Positions 10,418 through 18,827 of a stretch of DNA of 64,000 nt are shown in pieces; within the stretch, counting starts at the first letter, position 1, and every line of letters begins with the position of its first letter. Source of the DNA: Candidatus Bathyarchaeota archaeon (lineage in GTDB: Archaea > Thermoproteota > Bathyarchaeia > Bathyarchaeales > Bathycorpusculaceae); NCBI GenBank assembly GCA_963827165.1, contig CAWGZR010000004.1:96001-160000 (forward strand). Reading direction: 5' to 3'. The notes beneath the pieces are model-generated. The model made no database searches. It was given only the letters and a program-made list of their open reading frames with translations, and was not told where the DNA came from. The translations under genes were made by a program, and so were the position numbers.

Positions 10418-12343
10418 ATGCTAATCCAAGAAGTTATACTTGAAAATTTCATGAGCTATGAGTATGCTAGGGTGCCCTTCAAAAAGGGGGTAAATGTGAT
10501 TGGAGGACCCAACGGCGCAGGGAAATCCTCTCTTTTGTTGGCAATATCTGTGGGGCTGGGACAAACTTACACTGAACGTTCACGAAAACTGAGCGACCTG
10601 ATCAGGTGGGGAAAAGACCAAGGCCGAGTCACACTTATTTTAGATAACAGCAAACAGGGCAACAAGCGCCCGGTTCAAAAATACTCCAAAGATCAGCTGT
10701 TTCTCACGCGAACTCTGCGACGTGACGGCAAATACGGGTTTGAACTTGAAAACCGAGCCGTTGGCAAACAGGACGTTGAACGCTTGCTCGGCAAATTCGG
10801 CGTTGACCCTGACAACATGCTAATTATCATGCATCAAAACATGGTTGAACAATTCACCGTGTTGAGCAACATCGAAAAGCTCCGGATGGTTGAGGCGGCA
10901 GTCGGGTTGGAACCCTTCCGCGAAAACGTTGTTCAAGCAAAAACCAAGCTAACAAGAATCCTCACACAAGAGGAATCTGTGACAAAACTGCTTGAGCAAG
11001 CTCAGCAGACCCTCAATTACTGGCGCGAACAATACGATAAGTACCAAGAAAAGAAGCAACTCCAGATCAAAAGGCGTTTTCTCGAGCGAGTACTTACGTG
11101 GGCTGAAGTTGAAAAACGGGAAAGCACACTCAGAAACCTAAAGATGAACCTGACCAAAAACCAAGAAGCCATAGCCAAAATCGAAACGGAAAAAACAGAC
11201 ATACTCAACGAACTCACCACACGGCAAAACCAAAATGAAACGCTGAAAGGGAATCTAAAAGCCATTTTCGACGAGCGACTCAACATAGAACACGACATCG
11301 CCCAAAACCAATCCACCAAATCACTAATTACCCAGTTAATTGAAGAATCTCAAATACTTCAGCAAGCAATCCAAGCCAACAAAAACCAGATAAAAATTCT
11401 TAGAAACGAGAACCTCAAGGAAATGCTCAAAAACTCAGAGCTGGAACTCTCAAGCGCCAGCGAACGGGTTAAGCAGAACCAAGCGGAAATGAATTATTTG
11501 CAAGAGTCCACTGGGAAAGCATCCGATGAGATGCTTGAACAAAGGGTGAAGTTGGCTTTACTTGAGTTCAAGCGGGCAAACGCGATCGTCAACCTTAAGG
11601 AACTTGAAAAATCTCTTAAAGAAGCCCAAGAAAACTTGGATTCACTAATTGAAAAAGCCCGAGAGACAGGTGAGCGAATTGCGGCTGCAAAAAGCGCAAG
11701 CGACATCCAAGACGAAATCCGCTTAACAGAAGGGCATTTGGCGGCGCTCTCCGACGTTTCAGAGGACATTGAACGCCAGTACGAATCATACTCAAAACTT
11801 TATTTGGAACTCAAAGAAAAAGTGCAGCTTGTAGCTGAAAACCGCGAGAAAACACTCGAAGAAGTCAAAACTCGAATGCAGTCATGGAGAACCGTCATGG
11901 AAAGCCTACTTGACCGAGTAAACGTAGAGTACCAGCGAATCATGACCCAAACCTTAGCCACAGGCACTGTGCAACTTTCAAGCGCCCAAGATATCGAATC
12001 AGCCGGCTTAGAAATCGCAGTCGGATTCAAAGGCAGCAAACCTGTAGCTCTTGACGCATATACCCAAAGCGGCGGGGAACGTACAACAGCAACCATGAGT
12101 TTTCTTTTAGCGCTGCAACAACACGTGCGCTCGCCGTTCCGCGCAGTCGACGAATATGACATTCACATGGACCCTAAAAACCGTGAAATGATCGCGAAAA
12201 TCCTCCTCGCTGTCATCAAAGACGCAAACGCCCAGTACGTCGTCATCACACCCAGTCAAATCACCTTCGCCCAGCAAGACGCCAACGTTATCACCGTACA
12301 AAACACCGAGGGGAAATCAATTATCCGTGAGGTAGTTGCTTAA
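10418..12343 (+). CDS. SMC-family ATPase, Smc5/6-like, short and apparently hinge-less
   Basis: ENFMSY, Walker A GPNGAGKSS, coiled coil, QSGGERT signature, SPFRAVDEYDIHMD. Confidence 0.85.
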   Translation: MLIQEVILENFMSYEYARVPFKKGVNVIGGPNGAGKSSLLLAISVGLGQTYTERSRKLSDLIRWGKDQGRVTLILDNSKQGNKRPVQKYSKDQLFLTRTLRRDGKYGFELENRAVGKQDVERLLGKFGVDPDNMLIIMHQNMVEQFTVLSNIEKLRMVEAAVGLEPFRENVVQAKTKLTRILTQEESVTKLLEQAQQTLNYWREQYDKYQEKKQLQIKRRFLERVLTWAEVEKRESTLRNLKMNLTKNQEAIAKIETEKTDILNELTTRQNQNETLKGNLKAIFDERLNIEHDIAQNQSTKSLITQLIEESQILQQAIQANKNQIKILRNENLKEMLKNSELELSSASERVKQNQAEMNYLQESTGKASDEMLEQRVKLALLEFKRANAIVNLKELEKSLKEAQENLDSLIEKARETGERIAAAKSASDIQDEIRLTEGHLAALSDVSEDIERQYESYSKLYLELKEKVQLVAENREKTLEEVKTRMQSWRTVMESLLDRVNVEYQRIMTQTLATGTVQLSSAQDIESAGLEIAVGFKGSKPVALDAYTQSGGERTTATMSFLLALQQHVRSPFRAVDEYDIHMDPKNREMIAKILLAVIKDANAQYVVITPSQITFAQQDANVITVQNTEGKSIIREVVA

Positions 12344-13167
12344 TGCAGAAGGTTAAAGAAACCAAAGCGTTGGGCAAGGAAAGGCTAGAACGCATTATTG
12401 AAATGTGTCTCGCTATTGAAAACCGCACGGTCGAACCTTTCACGCTAAACATCGACGAAATAATTCAGGTTGTTAAGGAGTATTTTCCCCAGTGGCAAAA
12501 TCCAGAGGAACTCAGGCTTGACGCTGAAACGCTACATCACTTAGCCACGGTTATTAAAATGCAGAGCGAATGGGTGAAGCAGAGGTCAACGGCGCTCTAC
12601 ACGGATCCGTTTCTTTTGGAAGAAAAAATCCTGCGGATAGGAAAGCAAGAGATGGTTGAGGTTTTTCTGCGGGCGTGGAACCCGATTTTGGAGTTCGAAC
12701 AAATCAGCCTTAACACTTTGGCCCAGGGACTACTTTACTGGGAAGCATTGGCGCCCATCAGCGAAAGATGGAAAGACTTCGAAGCCGCGGAGGTCTCTAA
12801 CAGCTACACAAGTAGAGACGAATTAATCAAGCAACGCATCCTAAGCGACAAAGAATTCTCAGTAGAACTCAGTACTCTCTGGCAGGAACTCAAAGAATGC
12901 GTAGTTGCAAAAGGCAAAGAAGGCAAAATCGACTACTGGGACTTCATCGGCGCAGACACCTACGAACAAACCGTCCAAAAAGCGTTCTTAACAAGCTTCC
13001 TAATTACCTATGGGTTCGCAACCTTAGAAATCGACCGCCTCGAAGAGCTTGTTTTCATTGTTCCATTCCAAGAACCAAGAATTGAACCCTTAACCCAACA
13101 GTCAGAATCCGTAGCCATCGCCGTTTCAGTGGAAGACTGGCGCAGATGGAAGGAGGCCAATTCATGA
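12343..13167 (+). CDS. Kleisin-like subunit (ScpA/Nse4-like)
   Basis: Coupled to the SMC gene; N-terminal EPFTLNI; C-terminal YWDFI...QTVQKAFLTSFLITYG resembles the Nse4 C-terminal winged helix. Confidence 0.6.
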   Translation: MQKVKETKALGKERLERIIEMCLAIENRTVEPFTLNIDEIIQVVKEYFPQWQNPEELRLDAETLHHLATVIKMQSEWVKQRSTALYTDPFLLEEKILRIGKQEMVEVFLRAWNPILEFEQISLNTLAQGLLYWEALAPISERWKDFEAAEVSNSYTSRDELIKQRILSDKEFSVELSTLWQELKECVVAKGKEGKIDYWDFIGADTYEQTVQKAFLTSFLITYGFATLEIDRLEELVFIVPFQEPRIEPLTQQSESVAIAVSVEDWRRWKEANS

Positions 13168-13781
13168 GCAAAAGAGGCGTCTATGGCAGTAAGATCAAGA
13201 AAGCAACTCAAATGCTCTTTTACAAACGCCATCAGAAACCAGGTGTCAGAGGCGCAGAACTCCACAAAGCATTAGGTTCAGACTATCCTAAGGTACTTGA
13301 TCTTCTCGACGACTACCTCAAACCACTGGATCTGCAAGTCAAAACCATTTTCGAAGAAGAAGAAACCTCTGAGAAACCAACTATAGAGGAACTGGACAAG
13401 GCAAGATTCTACGTGGCGTTGAGGGGCGATTTGGCGACGAAAGATAAGCTGATTGGCTGGCGTATCGATGATTTGGCAGGGTTGGCGATTACGATTTCAT
13501 TCATAATTAGTAAGAAGGGGCAAGCTTCGCGTAAAGACGTTGAGAAACTTCTTGGCGAGAAGATGGCTAACTGGAAAATCGGGTTGAACCTTGATCGCTA
13601 TGTCCGCTATGGCTATTTGGCGCAAGACGACAATGGACAGCTGTTTCTTGATTGGCGGACAAGGGCAGAAGTAGACCAGAAAGCGTTGATCAGCATGCTG
13701 CTATCAAGTGAAGCGCAAAAGGCAGAAGTTGCCGCGCCTAAAGAAGAGGCAGAAGAAGAGTCGCCAGAGGAAAACGAGTAA
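13164..13781 (+). CDS. KITE-like (Nse1/Nse3/ScpB-type) tandem winged-helix subunit
   Basis: Third coupled gene (ATGA overlap), ~205 aa, ends GYL...LFLDWRTRAE, acidic tail. Confidence 0.5.
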   Translation: MSKRGVYGSKIKKATQMLFYKRHQKPGVRGAELHKALGSDYPKVLDLLDDYLKPLDLQVKTIFEEEETSEKPTIEELDKARFYVALRGDLATKDKLIGWRIDDLAGLAITISFIISKKGQASRKDVEKLLGEKMANWKIGLNLDRYVRYGYLAQDDNGQLFLDWRTRAEVDQKALISMLLSSEAQKAEVAAPKEEAEEESPEENE

Positions 13782-13915
13782 AACGCTCAAGTCGGAAGCT
13801 TGCAGGGCTATGGTTTAGTTTTGTTTTTGCATACGTGTTGTACGGGGGCGCAGTACTACATCTTAAGTCGTAATGTTTAATATACACTGCAACCCATGTT
13901 CCGAATCAACCCGAA

Positions 13916-14404
13916 GTGAAAAAAATGAGCAATGAAAAAAGATCAAAAAAAATACTCATACTTGCAACGGCATTGATGTTAGTTGCATTAGGCGCAGTCA
14001 TAGCAGTTTACGCCACCTCAATCCTCGGAACATTCACAGGTGGAAACGTTACTGTAGTGCAAATAGGAGCTCAAGTCAATTATAGCACCGACAATGACCC
14101 ATTAGGCACATGGACCACAACTCTTACAACCGATCCAGGTAGCAACTGGTACACTGAACTTGCAATCACATCAGGCTACACTGGCTCAGCAACAGTAACC
14201 TTCCAGTTACAAGAGCTAAGCGGAAGTAACTGGCAAAACACAAGCAACGGAGCCTTCACGACTGGCACAGTATCATTTACGGGATCAGCTCAGACTATTT
14301 ATGCAACATCCAGTGGCGGTAACAGCGGCAACTTAGACTGGAGCACCATCGCAACAACAGGAGGAACCTACCGAGTAGTTGCAACAGTTAATTCAGCGTC
14401 ATGA
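13916..14404 (+). CDS. Secreted or membrane-anchored Thr/Gly-rich protein
   Basis: Basic N-terminus, hydrophobic helix, beta-rich domain. Confidence 0.65.
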   Translation: MKKMSNEKRSKKILILATALMLVALGAVIAVYATSILGTFTGGNVTVVQIGAQVNYSTDNDPLGTWTTTLTTDPGSNWYTELAITSGYTGSATVTFQLQELSGSNWQNTSNGAFTTGTVSFTGSAQTIYATSSGGNSGNLDWSTIATTGGTYRVVATVNSAS

Positions 14405-14465
14405 TATTGATGCTGAATCAACAACTTTTTTTAATCAACCAGCCAAGTAGGGTTTAGGGGTACTC

Positions 14466-14969
14466 TTGATTCCGCTTGAATTCGACGCCGTCACCGCAAT
14501 AGCCGTTGTCTTAGTCGCCGCGATTCTGGCTGTTTACCTGTCAGTGCTTAAAAGGACAGGATGGATAGGTCACGCCGTCAGTTACCAAAGCAAACCTAAT
14601 TCACAAGAAAATGTACCTTTTGGCTCGATTGATAGCATGGCTTTAGAGACGGGTAAGGGAAATCTGGAGCTTGATGAAGAAATTGAGAATGGTACTCAGG
14701 TTGATGAACCAGAAGAAAATGTGGATCTCGAGGCAGAAGAACAGAAAATAATCTTAAAACAGAAGCTTGCCCAAAAACTGATTGAAGCACAACAATATTC
14801 CGCAATGGAGAACGCTTCGCCTCAATGCACACACAAATTTGGTTACCTGTCCGCTCTAAAGAAAAAAGCAGAGATACCCGATGAATGCTACTCTTGCACC
14901 CAACTAATTCAATGCGTCAAAGAACCAAAAAATGTGCCTCAAGAAGAAAAAAATGTTGACCGCAGCTGA
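14466..14969 (+). CDS. Membrane-anchored protein with C-terminal Cys/His motif
   Basis: N-terminal TM, acidic linker, CTHKFGYL...IPDECYSC...C. Confidence 0.6.
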   Translation: MIPLEFDAVTAIAVVLVAAILAVYLSVLKRTGWIGHAVSYQSKPNSQENVPFGSIDSMALETGKGNLELDEEIENGTQVDEPEENVDLEAEEQKIILKQKLAQKLIEAQQYSAMENASPQCTHKFGYLSALKKKAEIPDECYSCTQLIQCVKEPKNVPQEEKNVDRS

Positions 14970-15130
14970 TTTTGATTTTTCGGGTTCGCCTAAAGGGATG
15001 TAACAAAGTTTAAAAGCGCCTTTTCCGTTTCTGGTTGGCTCTACAAGAAGTAGCGGAAGGCTCATGACCGAATTTTTGCGGAGAGCTTGTCCCAAAAAAA
15101 TTATAAATCACAATAATAGGAGGAAAAGAA

Positions 15131-15256
15131 ATGTTGTCAAGAGACTGCGACGGATGCTCGCAAATGAAAGCCTGCATTAGACGCTTCTGTATCGTTGAAA
15201 AAGGCAGCTGTGTTTACTGCCCAGACGGAACAGCTCACCTAGTAGATGGAATTTAA
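15131..15256 (+). CDS. 41-aa Cys-rich small protein (absent from the ORF track), paralog of 27526..27723
   Basis: AGGAGG upstream; MLSRDCDGCSQMKACIRRFCIVEKGSCVYCPDGTAHLVDGI. Confidence 0.75.
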   Translation: MLSRDCDGCSQMKACIRRFCIVEKGSCVYCPDGTAHLVDGI

Positions 15257-15341
15257 GACCAAAATTTTGATTTTAAGCAACCGTCTTCTTTATTTCTTTT
15301 TGTTATCTCAAATTTTGGGATAGGTTTCTGCTAAAAGTGAC

Positions 15342-15953
15342 CTACAGAATAGCAACACGTTTTTTCCTGTTCAATCGAAGATATGTTATGCCTATTGCTG
15401 ATGTTGCCACAATCGCCATGACCGCAATAAAGACATAATCGGAAGATAAACCTGTATTGAAAAAGCCCTCTTGTGAAGAAGGCATAGATGGAGGATGATT
15501 AGTTGCAAGATATGTTTCAGGGACCGCAATCCATGAGGCATTGCCTGCATACACATAGATATCATATATCTTGGGCGTAAACGCCACTGGACCCATAAGA
15601 GCAGGAGAATTGAGAAGAGTGCAGTTTACGATACCGCTACCAGTTAAACTGTTATTGACAACCTCGGAGTATTCTGCGCCTCCACTCTTTTCGTTGTTCT
15701 CTATTTCTTTTGCAGTCGGAAGGTTTGGCCACGCCGACTTAATTTGGCTATTAGTTAAAGGAAAAGTCTGGTCCATACTATAATTGACGTGAGGTGGAAA
15801 TAGAGCGAGGTACGTCAATGGCGCTATGAGTAGAGCTACAATTTCCACAAACAAAACTCCTGCAATTATATGTGAAGATAATCTTGCAAAGTTTGCTGAC
15901 GCTGGATTTTTTGGTTGGGGGCACCATCTTCGGAGTCTTCTTAGGATTCTCAT
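15342..15953 (-). CDS. Two-TM membrane protein with N-terminal RRWCPQ motif
   Basis: MRILRRLRRWCPQP, TM-loop-TM, basic tail. Confidence 0.65.
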   Translation of the reverse strand: MRILRRLRRWCPQPKNPASANFARLSSHIIAGVLFVEIVALLIAPLTYLALFPPHVNYSMDQTFPLTNSQIKSAWPNLPTAKEIENNEKSGGAEYSEVVNNSLTGSGIVNCTLLNSPALMGPVAFTPKIYDIYVYAGNASWIAVPETYLATNHPPSMPSSQEGFFNTGLSSDYVFIAVMAIVATSAIGITYLRLNRKKRVAIL

Positions 15954-17383
15954 TCACTTTTACCTGCTATTCTTAGTGGCGTTTTTTTGAGTCTTTTTTG
16001 AAGAATTAAGAGAACAGTTGTGGCGAGAATAAGGATCGCGACTACTACGCCAACTGATATGGGCAGAGTGTTGAATTGCTTAGAATGCAAAATAGTTGCG
16101 GGTGAAACTCTTAAAGCAAAAATGTTGTTGCCGCTGCCCGCGTAGAGCACTCCGTTGGCAATAGTCGGAGAATCAACTGCGCCGCCGGTAGGGTAGCTCC
16201 ATAGTTCGACGCCCTTTGTGGCGTTCAAAGAGTAAATGTTGTCATCAGTTGAACCTATGTACATAACTCCATTGACGACACTTGGAGTCGACAGAGTTCC
16301 GTCGCCAATAGTACAGTTCCAGATTATAGCGCCGCTGGATGAATTGAAAGCGTAAACATTGCCATAATCTGAGCCTAAGTACACGATGCCGTCAACAACG
16401 GAAGGAGACGAATCGACGTTATCGAGAAAAACTCCGTTTCCGGTGCCCGTGTAAACGGGGGTGTAGTTCCAGATTTCTGCGCCGCTCGTGGCGTTTATTG
16501 CATGCAAGTTATTTTCTTCTGAGACGTAGTAGACGATCCCGCCGGCAACGACTGGAGACGACCAACCGGAGTAGTCTGTGTTGTAATTCCAGATTTGGGC
16601 GCCGCTTTTGGCATTGAAAGCGTAAACGCCATAGCAAATCTGGGCTATCGGATAACCAGGAGGAATCGCCCAGCCAAACGCGCCCTCGGCACCTACGTAG
16701 ACTGTCCCGTTGACGATTGTAGGCGATGGATTAACGCGAGCGTAGCCAACTAAGGATGAAGTACTCCAAAGTGTTTTGCCGTTAGTTGCGTTTATAGCAT
16801 AAACATTACAACAACCATTGTTTGAAGAGTTGGTCGTACCAGCATAAACGATCCCGTCGGCAACAGTAGGAGTAGAGAAACCAACGGGCACATCATATTG
16901 CGGCTCGTTGCGCCAAATCTGCGTACCATCAGTAGCATTCAAGGCGTTGATGGAAAAGTCCGTGCTAACAAAAACTACACCATTGGCGACTGCAGGCGAA
17001 GAAGGCCACTCCCCTGTGTAGTAATCCCAGAGTTGGGAGCCATCTGTTGCGTTTAAAGCATAAACGTAGTTGTTCTCTTCGCTTGTATAAACAACGCCAT
17101 TGACAACTACGGGAGAAGAGCCCCCGTAGAATTCTTCCATTACACTTATGGTGTGTTTCCAGAGTAATGTGGGAGTTTCTGAAACAGGCGAATTAACTAA
17201 AGGAACGATTGGAGCAGATGGCATTAAGCTAGATGAAAATACGAATAATGATATGGACAAGATAAGTGTAGCCGTAACAACAGCAGCGATAGGCATCGAG
17301 TAACGTTTTAATTTAGTAGGCAAACGGTCTGGCGTCTGAGGACACCAATCCCTAAAATCCTTAAGTCTCTTACGCACACCCAT
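15950..17383 (-). CDS. PQQ-like (BamB-type) beta-propeller membrane protein with N-terminal RDWCPQ motif
   Basis: Repeats SSPxVxNGxVY...ALNATxG..W between two TMs. Confidence 0.8.
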   Translation of the reverse strand: MGVRKRLKDFRDWCPQTPDRLPTKLKRYSMPIAAVVTATLILSISLFVFSSSLMPSAPIVPLVNSPVSETPTLLWKHTISVMEEFYGGSSPVVVNGVVYTSEENNYVYALNATDGSQLWDYYTGEWPSSPAVANGVVFVSTDFSINALNATDGTQIWRNEPQYDVPVGFSTPTVADGIVYAGTTNSSNNGCCNVYAINATNGKTLWSTSSLVGYARVNPSPTIVNGTVYVGAEGAFGWAIPPGYPIAQICYGVYAFNAKSGAQIWNYNTDYSGWSSPVVAGGIVYYVSEENNLHAINATSGAEIWNYTPVYTGTGNGVFLDNVDSSPSVVDGIVYLGSDYGNVYAFNSSSGAIIWNCTIGDGTLSTPSVVNGVMYIGSTDDNIYSLNATKGVELWSYPTGGAVDSPTIANGVLYAGSGNNIFALRVSPATILHSKQFNTLPISVGVVVAILILATTVLLILQKRLKKTPLRIAGKSE

Positions 17384-17385
17384 TT

Positions 17386-17847
17386 TTACTCACCTGCAAT
17401 TTTGGAAAATAGTGCTTCTGCCAATTTAGAGGGCAAAATCTTGCGGGTATCGTCGAGTATGAGAAAGTTACGGTCTTTGGCTTCTGCGAGGAGGGTTTCT
17501 CGGCAGGTTTGGAGTTTGCTGCATTTTTCGCAGTCACCTTCATGTTTGTACCAGACTTGTACTCCATTTTTGGCGGAGAATGTGATGAAGGCTGCTGTTT
17601 TGAAGTGGCTACTGTAGCCGAGCAGAAAGCCTTTGTCTGGGTTAATGGTTTGGACGTCAATCTTGTTTATTTTCGCTGTTTCTTCTAATGCTTCGCCGAT
17701 TTTTGTGTTGGCTGTGTCGAGGGCTTGGTGGATTGTTTGGCGTGTGACGTTTAATTGCCTCGCGATGCTGGCTTCTTGCTGTCCTCTGGTTTTTAGGTCC
17801 CATATCATTTTTTGTTTAGGCGTTAAGTATCCGAGGCTGAGGGTCAA
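17386..17847 (-). CDS. HTH regulator (sigma region 4-like) with C-terminal HxxxCxxCx5C motif
   Basis: LTPKQ..IW...IARQLNVTRQTI; HEGDCEKCSKLQTC. Confidence 0.7.
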   Translation of the reverse strand: MTLSLGYLTPKQKMIWDLKTRGQQEASIARQLNVTRQTIHQALDTANTKIGEALEETAKINKIDVQTINPDKGFLLGYSSHFKTAAFITFSAKNGVQVWYKHEGDCEKCSKLQTCRETLLAEAKDRNFLILDDTRKILPSKLAEALFSKIAGE

Positions 17848-18009
17848 TTTTGGTCAAACCAGTAAGGCTCAACTACCTTACATAGTAAGCATTAGCTCCG
17901 AACTATTTATTTCTTTTCCAAATCAGCACTGAAAAGGCGTGCGTACAGGATTTGGAGCTGAAAACGCATTAACAAGTATGTTGGTCTTATTCCCATTGTT
18001 GGCATAGCA

Positions 18010-18741
18010 TTGGCATTAGTTATCGAGCTTGCTTTGGGTTTGCGCGGGCAGTACGTGTTTAATCCTCCTTACCTGATTTTAGGACTAAATATTGCGATTG
18101 TCGGCGGAGTCAGCTTCATAGTAGCGTATCTTTCCGGAAAAGGGTACTTGGCTACGGGATCGCTAACGCTTCTGCTCATTACTCTGTCGTTTATCGCGAT
18201 TGGCACCATGGATTCAGTAAGCGGGTGGTACGCAAATTTTGTGCCTAATTGGGCTGTAACCACGGCAGCCATTGGATTGCTTTTGTTTTCTGTTTTGCAA
18301 ATATTTGGTTCATTTCAGGGTTCTTTTCGCTCAGTCCCAATTGGCTCTGAACATCGAAAAACAAGATTGACGATAGCCTGCTTAGTCGTGTTTTTTCTAA
18401 GTGTAATATTGTCGTTATTGATTGGGGTAAATGTTTTTCCAGCTTTTTTCGTAAATGGAGTCGGAGTAACTTTAACTGATCGGATAGTTTATGCAGTCGT
18501 TATTTTCTTGTTTTCATTAAATTGTGTGCTTTATCTGAGGCTTTATTTTAAGACTAAATCAAACGTGCTGTACTGGTATGCTTTAGCTTTGGGGTTGAAT
18601 GCGATTGGTTTGTATGGGCTTACTTTGCAGGTGCGTTTCAGTGATGTTGCGGTTTGGACTGGGAGGCTTGGAACTTACATTGCAACAACTTATTTCTTAA
18701 TTGCTCTGTTAAGCACAAGAAAAGAAAATAGTGAGGTTTGA
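18010..18741 (+). CDS. Multi-TM membrane sensor protein (MASE-like)
   Basis: About 7 TM helices directly upstream of a histidine kinase. Confidence 0.55.
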   Translation: MALVIELALGLRGQYVFNPPYLILGLNIAIVGGVSFIVAYLSGKGYLATGSLTLLLITLSFIAIGTMDSVSGWYANFVPNWAVTTAAIGLLLFSVLQIFGSFQGSFRSVPIGSEHRKTRLTIACLVVFFLSVILSLLIGVNVFPAFFVNGVGVTLTDRIVYAVVIFLFSLNCVLYLRLYFKTKSNVLYWYALALGLNAIGLYGLTLQVRFSDVAVWTGRLGTYIATTYFLIALLSTRKENSEV

Positions 18742-18827
18742 GAAATTTCTTATTGATCTCAAAAATAAAGCGTGTTTTTATATTTCAGAGTACGGTATCT
18801 TTGGTAATTTAACGGTGAGGCCTTCTT

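Noticed and set aside
10418-13781. Wadjet/MksBEFG defence system
   Set aside because: No Toprim nuclease gene nearby, the SMC comes first, and its motifs look Smc5/6-like.
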